Source of the DNA: Bdellovibrionales bacterium
GTDB taxonomy: Bacteria; Bdellovibrionota; Bdellovibrionia; Bdellovibrionales; UBA1609
DNA length: 64,000 bases
Direction: 5' to 3'
NCBI GenBank assembly: GCA_965199825.1
Contig: OZ241329.1
Location: 2,208,001 to 2,272,000, forward strand
Shown here: one piece after another, positions 1 to 8,317 of the stretch
Position numbering within the stretch: position 1 is the stretch's first letter
Layout of the letters: the number at the start of each line of letters is the position of its first letter
Notes under the pieces: generated by a model
Told to the model about the DNA's origin: nothing
The model's input: the letters and a program-made list of their open reading frames with translations, nothing else
Databases searched by the model: none
Translations under genes and position numbers: made by a program

Positions 1-2
1 CG

Positions 3-1178
3 GCCCACAAATCAAAAAAATCTGCGCCTCAAGAGTTGCTGACACAAATGGCGGATCGATTGGAATCGCGACTCGAAGAGTTTGCGCGCTTTGAAAGTCA
101 AGATTGCGGAACACCTCTAAATCTTTCGCGTGGTGATGTGCAAAGTGCGGTTCAAGTTCTTCGCCATTATTCATCGTTCGAGATAACGGCCGATCCGTTA
201 GGAATTGTTGCGCTGGTTGTGTCTTGGCAAACCCCGTTGTTGTCGTTGATCTCGCGCTTGGCGCCGGCTCTGATGAGTGGCAACAGCGTGATTGTGAAAC
301 CCTCATCACTCGCATCCTTTTCGATTTTTGAATTTTTTAAAATGCTCGATTTTTTGCCGCAAGGTCTTTGCAATCTGATCTTAGGTGCTGATGGCGTGGA
401 TGATGTTTTGGTTTCTCACCCCGGAGTCAGAGCGGTCAGCATCGAGAGTCAGTTGGATTTTGGCGAGCGTCTGGCCCAAAAGGCATCATCACCGGCCAAA
501 AAAGTGAATTATGAATTGGGCGGGAAAAATTCCTGTTTGATTTTGGAAGATGCCGATCTTGATTTTTCGAAACTTACAAAATCTTGTCTTGATTATCAGG
601 GTCAACACCGCGACTCGATCTCAAGAATTTTTGTCCACGACAGTCTTTATCAAAATGTTTTAGATCAATTCGCAAAACTGAATTTGAAAATCGGGGACCC
701 TCTTGAGGGCTCAACAACCTTTGGACCACTCATCTCAAAAGATCATTTAGAAAAAACAAAAAGTTCGGTTCATATGACTCTTAAAGAGGGGGGACATCGT
801 TTGCCCATCGATCTTGATCTGCCAGGCCAAGGATATTTTTGCGACCCCCAAATTTTTTCTGATCTCAACAATTGCTCTGAAATTCATCACACCGAAATGC
901 TTGCGCCCCTCGTGACCATTCAACCATTTAAATATCCGGCCGAGGCCATCAAGTGGACCAACACCACCCCTTACGGCAGACTTTCGGTGGTCTGGACGCG
1001 AAATATTGAAAAGGCTCAGCGATTAGCAAGTGGTCTAGATGTGGGAGTGGTTTTGCTCAATCAATGGAAGCCCGCCGATGGACTGACGCCGCGCCAGGGC
1101 CGCAAGGCCTCGGGCGTTGGACTCTTAAATCCGCAAGCCATGCTCGATTTTTTTAGCAGCAGCAAAACCGTAATGTGA
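3..1178 (+). CDS. Aldehyde dehydrogenase-family protein (5' truncated by window edge; probably catalytically degenerate)
   Basis: APALMSGNSVIVKPS, ELGGKN, EMLAP, ANTT-like TNTTPYG motifs; frame open back to base 3; catalytic Cys position reads GQHRDSISR. Confidence 0.85.
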   Translation, partial: AHKSKKSAPQELLTQMADRLESRLEEFARFESQDCGTPLNLSRGDVQSAVQVLRHYSSFEITADPLGIVALVVSWQTPLLSLISRLAPALMSGNSVIVKPSSLASFSIFEFFKMLDFLPQGLCNLILGADGVDDVLVSHPGVRAVSIESQLDFGERLAQKASSPAKKVNYELGGKNSCLILEDADLDFSKLTKSCLDYQGQHRDSISRIFVHDSLYQNVLDQFAKLNLKIGDPLEGSTTFGPLISKDHLEKTKSSVHMTLKEGGHRLPIDLDLPGQGYFCDPQIFSDLNNCSEIHHTEMLAPLVTIQPFKYPAEAIKWTNTTPYGRLSVVWTRNIEKAQRLASGLDVGVVLLNQWKPADGLTPRQGRKASGVGLLNPQAMLDFFSSSKTVM

Positions 1179-1185
1179 AAAAAGG

Positions 1186-1214
1186 TTGATCCTTTAGGCG
1201 TTAGTCCCTATACC
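1186..1214 (+). promoter_or_regulatory. Putative sigma70 promoter of tRNA-Asp
   Basis: TTGATC-N17-TATACC ending 20 nt before the tRNA. Confidence 0.45.
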
Positions 1215-1234
1215 TTTTGTTTCCGTGTCATTGC

Positions 1235-1311
1235 GGGGTGGTAGTTAAGTTGGTTATAACGTCCGCCTGTCACGCGGAAGGCCGCGGGTTCGAGTCCCGT
1301 CCACCCCGCCA
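1235..1311 (+). tRNA. tRNA-Asp (GTC)
   Basis: Acceptor stem GGGGTGG/CCACCCC, anticodon loop CT-GTC-AC, GGTTCGAGTCC T-arm, G discriminator, encoded CCA; 77 nt. Confidence 0.97.
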
Positions 1312-1374
1312 ATAATAAAAAGAAAAAGATAAAACCCAAAAGACAAACAAAATTCTGTTCGAAGTTCAAACGCC

Positions 1375-1826
1375 TTCATGCGGGGTGGACGGGACGAGAA
1401 GGTTGAACGCGAACCCGTGGGCGATTCGACCAAAGGGAGAATTGAGTGCGGGGCGGCGGCGCCGGATGCGCCGACGAGCGTTCAAGCCGACTGCATGGCA
1501 GGACGCAGGGCTGAAGGTGGGAACACGAGGATCAAGCGAGTTTCGAGCAAAGCGAGAAGCAAGCGCAATTCATCCCTAAAATACAAATTTCAGACAGGCA
1601 CACCTTCTGAAAATTAGCTTTGTAGTAGCAAACAAGATTTGTTTTAAGTAATCTAAAGTTATTTAGTGGATAAAATAAATTAGGTTTTGATTATCGATAA
1701 ATCAATTCCTTTGAGTTTTATAAATATTGTTCTGATCAAAAGCTAGATGAAGAAATTTGAAAAATTGAATTTTTATTTCAGGATCCATCGCAAGTGAAGG
1801 CGATCGACTTATGGTGACCATGCGTG
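1375..1826 (+). repeat. ~450-bp direct repeat copy 1 (GC-rich structured head plus AT-rich tail), tRNA-linked
   Basis: First ~190 bp nearly identical to 5582-5770, remainder alignable to 6031; starts GCGGGGTGGACGGGAC = reverse complement of tRNA 3' end. Confidence 0.92.
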
Positions 1827-1923
1827 AGGACCAGTGGGACTCGTCCTCCAATGTTTTACGTAAACTAATGTTATTTGTTTCTGCAGGTGAGGCTTTAAAA
1901 CTGAATCTGGCAACTGGGGTTGA

Positions 1924-4131
1924 TCACTGACATGTCCCATCGTTCATCATGCCCGTGATAATTCCAGTGACCACGGAGACATTGGACTGATCGGCATTCC
2001 CGTTGGCAGCCAAAAAAGAAGCGCCACTTGCAAACGAGCAATAGTGTCCTTGACCGTTGGAGTTGTAAACAGCCGGTTGATCTGCAATCCTAAAAAATCC
2101 AGCGGGCATGGGAGGGCCACTGCAGGCACCGTCGTTTTGCATCCCATAAGTGATCCCCGTTACCGTTCTGACATTTGAAAGATCACCGTTTCCGTTATCG
2201 GCGATAAAGGTGGCGCTATTGGAAAAGGAACAAAAATGTCCGCTACCGTTCGAGTTATAAATGGTTCCACTTCCTGAAATAATAAAAAATCCACCTGCCA
2301 TAGGGGCAACAACACAAGGCCCAGTCTGTTGCATCATGCTTGTCGCTGAAGCGGCTATGGTTGTGGCGTTGGATTCATCTAAATTTCCGCCGTCAGCCAC
2401 GAATGACGCAATATCCGTATAACCACACCACTGGCCGCTTCCGTTGGAGCGAAAAACAGCAGGCGTGCCATCAATTCTAAAAAATCCTGCGGGCAAAACG
2501 GTCGGACTCAAAGGTGTTGAGCCACCGTTGAGCACTGGGTTTTGTGCAACTGTTCCGGGAACTCTCACTGTCCCCATTGAAATTCCTTGGGGTTCTAAAC
2601 CGATTGCTGAAATTCCGTAAATATAAATCGGCTGCCCCGCGAATTGGGCAAGCGAACTGGGGAGCGGAATCTCAAAACGATAATTTGAACCGCCTCCTTG
2701 ACAAGCTTGATTGACGGCAGCCTCACTTGGTAAATTAGCTGGATATTGCCCAATATAAATTCCACTTCCTGCGGGGCCTTTGACGTACACATTCACTTGA
2801 GCTGAAGTTGCAACTAATGAGGAGCAGGTCCAACCCATAATTTTTGTTTGATCCGCAGAAATTCCGTCAACCATACCAATGGTGGTGTGATCGGCAGGTA
2901 AACCCATCGAGTGTTGTCTTCGATAGTTGAGTAAAGCAGATTTCACCGGACTGTATGTAGTAAATCCCCATTGTTTAGTTGGCTCTATATCCGCGGAGTG
3001 TTGCTGATCGGGGCCTTCGTCTTCATCGTTCGGGCCACGGGGACCTTGAAATTCGTTAAATTGGTGCACAAACAAAAAGATGGGATCTAAACTATTTGCC
3101 ACACTCATAAATTGATTAAAAGTATTTCCGCCATCTGTGAGTGCGGCATCTGGACTGTTCCAGCCGTTTGATCCTGTCACAGCACCTGATGCAGTGAAGG
3201 CTTCAGTTCGGCTTCCTATTTGGGCATAGCTTGGAAATAAATTGTTTGCAGGACTTAGGTGATCAACCCAAGTCCACAGTTGCCACACGGGGTTGACCAT
3301 ATGAGGTGAGTTTGTGGGTGCGGGGTTTGCCCAAAGATTGGGTTGAGAGTCCATATAACCCGCCATAAATCGAAAGGTAAATTTTGAATCCCATCCTTTA
3401 TCTTGAATCGCTTTTTTGAGGAGGGCAAGTGGTGAAGCAGGTGAGGTGTCTTGGCCCGCACCCATAAATACGACGAGTAAGGGCTTACCTTGGTAAATAA
3501 TATTAATATTAGGGTATTTCGAAATTAAATTCGCAAAAAAGCTGACTTGACGGTCAAACGGGCTATTGCCATCTGCACCAATTTGATATTCATTGACCTC
3601 TGCCCCACCAAGAAGTGGAACAATTTTTAGTCTCGTCTTTGAGTTATTGTAGAGCGAGTAAATTGTCGAAACATTATTCGCGATATTGACCACTTGATCT
3701 TTGCCGGCCTGACTACCGCAATTGGAGAGATCACTGCCGAAGGCGCAAGACACACCGTTTGAAGTGTCCAAGGTTACAGCATCAACACCCATCTCTTCGA
3801 GCCAATAAATATGTTGACGAATGATTGCGGGATCGGTGCTGTCGTAACCCGTATTTTGTCCATTTGAGTTTGTCATTGAGGAAGAAGAAAGAAGTGGATT
3901 GTAAAGCGAAGACACATGCTGAGCACCTGGTCCAAACCAACCTTCATATTCCATCACGATCAGTCGCGAATTTTCATTTACATTGAGACTTTGAGAGGCG
4001 GTCGAGAGAGATAAAAATGAACCCGATGCACTACCCGAAATTGCTCGAAGTCCGCTCGTACATCCATTTGTCCATGAAAGCGTAATCAATCCAATGAGAA
4101 GGAACGCTAATGTGCCGAGTCGCAGTTTCAT
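1924..4131 (-). CDS. Exported/lipoprotein glycoside hydrolase-like protein (GH99/GH71-like barrel, Ig-like GxxDG..GW module, 3 C-terminal Cys repeats)
   Basis: Signal with WTNGC; YEGWF, GYDSTDPAIIRQH..MGVD, YQGKPLL, QFNEF motifs; three ~64-aa repeats. Confidence 0.65.
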   Translation of the reverse strand: MKLRLGTLAFLLIGLITLSWTNGCTSGLRAISGSASGSFLSLSTASQSLNVNENSRLIVMEYEGWFGPGAQHVSSLYNPLLSSSSMTNSNGQNTGYDSTDPAIIRQHIYWLEEMGVDAVTLDTSNGVSCAFGSDLSNCGSQAGKDQVVNIANNVSTIYSLYNNSKTRLKIVPLLGGAEVNEYQIGADGNSPFDRQVSFFANLISKYPNINIIYQGKPLLVVFMGAGQDTSPASPLALLKKAIQDKGWDSKFTFRFMAGYMDSQPNLWANPAPTNSPHMVNPVWQLWTWVDHLSPANNLFPSYAQIGSRTEAFTASGAVTGSNGWNSPDAALTDGGNTFNQFMSVANSLDPIFLFVHQFNEFQGPRGPNDEDEGPDQQHSADIEPTKQWGFTTYSPVKSALLNYRRQHSMGLPADHTTIGMVDGISADQTKIMGWTCSSLVATSAQVNVYVKGPAGSGIYIGQYPANLPSEAAVNQACQGGGSNYRFEIPLPSSLAQFAGQPIYIYGISAIGLEPQGISMGTVRVPGTVAQNPVLNGGSTPLSPTVLPAGFFRIDGTPAVFRSNGSGQWCGYTDIASFVADGGNLDESNATTIAASATSMMQQTGPCVVAPMAGGFFIISGSGTIYNSNGSGHFCSFSNSATFIADNGNGDLSNVRTVTGITYGMQNDGACSGPPMPAGFFRIADQPAVYNSNGQGHYCSFASGASFLAANGNADQSNVSVVTGIITGMMNDGTCQ
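1927..2496 (-). repeat. Three tandem ~64-aa coding repeats (xxGFF.I.....(V/I)..SNG.G..C...G.C)
   Basis: LPAGFFRIDGTPAVFRSNGSGQWC / MAGGFFIISGSGTIYNSNGSGHFC / MPAGFFRIADQPAVYNSNGQGHYC. Confidence 0.9.
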
Positions 4132-4190
4132 TTGATACCTCTAAAGACTGAATTGCAAAGCAAAGACCTTGCTGTCTCTTACACAGAGCC

Positions 4191-4217
4191 TTTCGGCGCT
4201 TACCGATTTGACATTGA
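4191..4217 (-). promoter_or_regulatory. Putative FliA/sigma28-type promoter
   Basis: TCAAT-N16-CCGAAA upstream of the 735-aa gene; same spacing at three other loci. Confidence 0.5.
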
Positions 4218-4316
4218 GAATATTAGTTGAAACTTCAGTCACAAATTGAAGCATATCAAAATGAAACATATTTTTAAGACAAAATAAATTTTATTTATTA
4301 AGCCGCTTTGAGGGAA

Positions 4317-5279
4317 TCACAATTTCAGTTTAACAAGCTTTTCACTCAGTCGATCGTTCATTTCCTTAAAGGGAATTTTGTGGGCACTCGGGTCTAAGTT
4401 ACGATCGCTGATTTCTGTAACGATGACTTTGTAAATCATTGAAAGCGTAAGTTCGCGGCTTGGGCCCATAAGTTCAGACTGAAAGATTCGCCAAACTTCT
4501 GTGCGAGCAGGATCTAGAGTTTCATGTGCATAACTGTTTTCCCAACCCGATGAGTCGTTGGAACGCGTGAAATCACGGCCAGCATATTGTGGATCATTAC
4601 GACCCTCACTCAGCGCATCGCGAATGGCTTGAGGATTTTGAAGTTCTGAAATGACATACAAATCGGCTGCAAACTCCTCGTAAGGTTTGAGATCGAATTG
4701 ATTTGGGACCTCGTTTAAACCCTTTAACGATGCGGCTGCTTGTTTGCGCATCACAGTTAAATCGGGATGGTTGATTGCTTCTTCTTCCCATTTTGATCGT
4801 TGTTCATCATCTGCAGAGTCGTAATGTCCGTGAGAAATTTCTAGCGTTTTGTCAATCACCGAAGTCAAGAACGGCAGGTAATAAAGTTGGAAGTTGCGAC
4901 GATAAGGAAACGGATTTTGGGGGACTTCCAGTTCACTGGCATAAAGATCAAATATCAAGTGGCCCAACTCGTGTAAGGTGAATGTTTGAAGTGTCGCGAG
5001 TGATAGATTTTGTTCCTGATCACGCGGTTTTAAAAATGGCAATGCGTGAATCGTTATTCCTTGAAACGACAAAGCTCCGGTCTCGATGATCATTTTTGGT
5101 GGCAGGTGAAAGTGCTTCAGTTGAGTGAGCGAACGAATGATATTGAGGCCCACTGCAGGGTCGTCTCGAAGTTGCAAATCAGAAAATTCGATTTCGGTCT
5201 GGGACAATATGACCGTACAGCGCTCTTCACCGTAAGCAAAAAGCAGGGGAACAAATAATGCGAATGCGAACTGATACAT
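4317..5279 (-). CDS. Secreted hypothetical protein, possible gluzincin-like metallopeptidase
   Basis: Signal peptide; HELGH and downstream EEFAAD. Confidence 0.55.
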   Translation of the reverse strand: MYQFAFALFVPLLFAYGEERCTVILSQTEIEFSDLQLRDDPAVGLNIIRSLTQLKHFHLPPKMIIETGALSFQGITIHALPFLKPRDQEQNLSLATLQTFTLHELGHLIFDLYASELEVPQNPFPYRRNFQLYYLPFLTSVIDKTLEISHGHYDSADDEQRSKWEEEAINHPDLTVMRKQAAASLKGLNEVPNQFDLKPYEEFAADLYVISELQNPQAIRDALSEGRNDPQYAGRDFTRSNDSSGWENSYAHETLDPARTEVWRIFQSELMGPSRELTLSMIYKVIVTEISDRNLDPSAHKIPFKEMNDRLSEKLVKLKL

Positions 5280-5581
5280 TGAAATCCTTAGGCAGCAAAC
5301 TTCGCTTTGTTTGAGAATTTTAAAAATAACGTCGCGAACTGTACGGCGATGAATTTCAAAAAACTAGCCACTTCTGTTGGTGGAATCAAAGGGAAAGAGA
5401 AATTATCTTTTACTTTATAGAAGACCTATTTCGATTAAGAGCACTGTAGATCCAATATTGCATTTAGAAAGTTGTTGGTGCTAAGAAGTTGAAATTTAAA
5501 TTAGGGTTTCTCCTGCCTATAAACAAAATAAAAAAATAAAGTGAAGCAGACCTATCGATTTTTGCTAAATGCACTGCCTTG

Positions 5582-6031
5582 TTCATGCGGGGTGGACGGG
5601 ACGAGAAGGTTGAACGCGAACCCGTGGGCGATTCGACCACAGGGAGAATTGAGTGCGGGGCGGCGGCGCGGATGCGTCGACGAGCGTTCAAGCCGACTGC
5701 ATGGCAGGACGCAGGGCTGAAGGTGGGAACACGAGGACCAAGCGAGTTTCGAGCAAAGCGAGAAGTAAGCGGATTTCATCACTGAAATACCAATTTTAGA
5801 CAGGCATACCTTCTAAAAGTTATTTTTGTAATAGAGAACTACATTTAATTTAAATAATCTAAATTTATTTACGTTGAAAAATAAGTTCTGTTTCGAGGAT
5901 CGATAAATCAATTCTTTTGCGACTTATAAATATTGTCTTGATCAAATCCTAAATGAGGAACTTATAAATTTAAATTCTTATTTCAGGATCCATCGCAAGT
6001 GAAGCTGATCGACCTGTTGTCACCATGCGTG
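5582..6031 (+). repeat. ~450-bp direct repeat copy 2
   Basis: Matches 1375-1826 from TTCATGCGGGGTGGAC to CCATGCGTG. Confidence 0.92.
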
Positions 6032-6168
6032 CACCTTGAAATTGGCAGATAAGAGCTATTTTTTTATGCTAGAAAATTGAAATGCCAAATTTTGATTCTC
6101 AATTGCGAAAATAATATAAACTCAATTTGTTGATGAAGTGTTGAATTCACTACATCGTTACCTAAATG

Positions 6169-6777
6169 TTAGCGGACCAGTTTTCCAACCAAGGCCTTTG
6201 TATCAAGATTTTTCATTTTACCTGCGTGAGGCAAGCACGTTGAAATATATTTGTGAGCGAGTGCGTGTGAGTCGATCCAATTAGAAGAATTCCAGATCCT
6301 TCTTGTGCAAGAATCTTGGGCGTCACGCTTTCTCAGTAGTTCTGCCGCGGCCAGGGCTGATAGTATGGGATCTTTAGCTGCATCAAAAAGTGCCCCAGGC
6401 ACTTTCGATTTCAATTCATTAAATACCCAATCGTCTTCCAAATATCGATGAAGATCGTATTCCAGAATCACACGCACCCAAAGTTTACTAACGAAGTTGA
6501 TGGTGTCCTCTGTGACATCGGCTTTTGCAAAAAATGATTGAAGTCGACTTGCGCCATCGGATTGAGCGTCCAAACTTCTCTCCATAAGGTCGTCATCTTC
6601 AGCTAAAACGATTTTTATATTCTTCATGAGTTGTTGTTCTTTTTGTGTCAGGTACAACGTTGGTCCTGCAAAAACTAAAAAGGCGTCATCGATAAATTGT
6701 GCTTCTTTGAGATCACGCGCTTTAAGGTTTTCGCGTGCTACGGTATGATAGCTCAATCGACTAAACTCGGTACGCAA
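6169..6777 (-). CDS. Hypothetical protein, possibly the 3' fragment of a decayed gene (with 6810-7073)
   Basis: 202-aa ORF with TTG start and no clear RBS, just downstream of an 87-aa ORF in another frame. Confidence 0.4.
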   Translation of the reverse strand: MRTEFSRLSYHTVARENLKARDLKEAQFIDDAFLVFAGPTLYLTQKEQQLMKNIKIVLAEDDDLMERSLDAQSDGASRLQSFFAKADVTEDTINFVSKLWVRVILEYDLHRYLEDDWVFNELKSKVPGALFDAAKDPILSALAAAELLRKRDAQDSCTRRIWNSSNWIDSHALAHKYISTCLPHAGKMKNLDTKALVGKLVR

Positions 6778-7042
6778 TGGTGTATGGACTGAAAGTCACT
6801 CAACCACAATTAAGTCGGCGAGTTAAAAAAGTTTGAGATCAGAGTGAAAATTGGCATAGGGTTTGGATTGCTTTTGTAGAGCAGTTCGTGGTCGTCATCT
6901 GTAAACTTCTTTCTAAGTTTTAGTGCTGTTTTTGAGCCTCGCCAACTGACGGAATTTGTCATCGCTGTATGTTTGAGCCAGTAAAGGTGTAAAGCCGATT
7001 GAGAGACAGAGCTAACGTTTGCCATTTTAAACGAAACAGGAA

Positions 7043-8074
7043 TTGAGTATGGGTATGGATTCAAAAAGTTCACCGAGAAAATTTTTAATTTCTGGCAAAA
7101 TCAATATTCGTTTCTCTTTTTTTACGGCTCTTCTTTTCTTAAGTAATTTTGCTTTTGCAAAAACAAGTGGTGTAACTTTTGATTCAGATGAGCTGACATG
7201 TAAAATCGTTTCCTTAATTCGCGCGCATGGCGACGCAAGATTATTTGAAAATAGGGTGAGTCACGCCGAAACTGCGAGACAATTCATGTCTGATGAAGCG
7301 ACCAATGCGATAGGCGGAAATTTTTTTTACCAAGTTGTGAATTACCGAATTTCCAAGTCGTTAAGCTTTCATTCGATTGGTTTGTTGCCACCACTCTCTC
7401 CTGCGGAAGAACAACCGGATCCGCTGGAGCGAAACGCATGGTCCGGTCTCTTGAACCTGTACAGCGAATCTTCGCACCCGTTACTCGACCTTGTAGGGAA
7501 GAGCGATATGAATTCGCTCCGCAGCTTGATCGATCTTCGTTCGACGCTCCCATCTTTTTTCATTCCAGACGGCCCTCAACAGAAGATTTTTTTTCATCGC
7601 TTTGATGTTCTTTCACAGCCCTTCGTAAGTTGGCTTCTTACTAAACAGATTCACCAGCTTTCAGCGATCGAATTAGTTTCTCAAGTGACTGAGCAAAACA
7701 ATGGTGATGTACTCACAGCACTTGGATTAATCGGACAATCTTTCCATTATGAAAGGATGTACGTGACTTCGGCCGGAGTAGAATCGCGCGCTAAACTTGC
7801 GCTTCTCGGGTCGAGAATTAAACCTCTCTACGAACCGTCAAAAAATCCTATTGGTGTGAATTATCATTTTTGGGCTTACCTTAATATGGGACTCCAGGGA
7901 CCTTTGACTGAAGAACGTATTTTCAGCATCGCTTACGAAAAATGGGCTGAGGATAAAGATGAGTTTGTAATAGATAATCTCGGAATGACAATAGGCTTAC
8001 GTGTTCGGAGAATCATTCTTGAAAATAAATCGTGCCCTTTTTACGACCCCATTGTTTTTCATTACGGACCGTAA
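7043..8074 (+). CDS. Secreted hypothetical protein (start uncertain)
   Basis: 343-aa ORF with signal-like FSFFTALLFLSNFAFA. Confidence 0.65.
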   Translation: MSMGMDSKSSPRKFLISGKINIRFSFFTALLFLSNFAFAKTSGVTFDSDELTCKIVSLIRAHGDARLFENRVSHAETARQFMSDEATNAIGGNFFYQVVNYRISKSLSFHSIGLLPPLSPAEEQPDPLERNAWSGLLNLYSESSHPLLDLVGKSDMNSLRSLIDLRSTLPSFFIPDGPQQKIFFHRFDVLSQPFVSWLLTKQIHQLSAIELVSQVTEQNNGDVLTALGLIGQSFHYERMYVTSAGVESRAKLALLGSRIKPLYEPSKNPIGVNYHFWAYLNMGLQGPLTEERIFSIAYEKWAEDKDEFVIDNLGMTIGLRVRRIILENKSCPFYDPIVFHYGP

Positions 8075-8274
8075 GCGAATTGTTCCACTGATCATCCCTG
8101 CGGAATGGTTGTATTGGTTTGTATGATTGCATCGTCAAGCCACTACGAACCTTACTAGATATTCCTTTAATTTTTGGTTCATCACTCACTGTCTTAATAG
8201 TAAATATAAAGCAGTGATCACTTTGCTTACGGTGCCGCCACCCACCTGTCTTATTACGAGACATCACGAATTAC

Positions 8275-8301
8275 TAAAGTCGAGACACTTCGATTCCGAA
8301 A
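8275..8301 (+). promoter_or_regulatory. Putative FliA/sigma28-type promoter
   Basis: TAAAG-N16-CCGAAA just upstream of the 810-aa gene. Confidence 0.55.
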
Positions 8302-8317
8302 AAGAGACAGAGGTTGA

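Noticed and set aside
1378..1617. Short ORFs over the repeat heads (1378-1617, 1385-1579, 5579-5785, 5552-5782, 5464-5691)
   Set aside because: A 1-bp indel between the copies shifts the frames; GC-rich structured repeat, not credible as protein-coding
1375..6031. CRISPR array or second tRNA in the repeats
   Set aside because: Only two long copies 4.2 kb apart, no spacer periodicity, no cas genes, no cloverleaf
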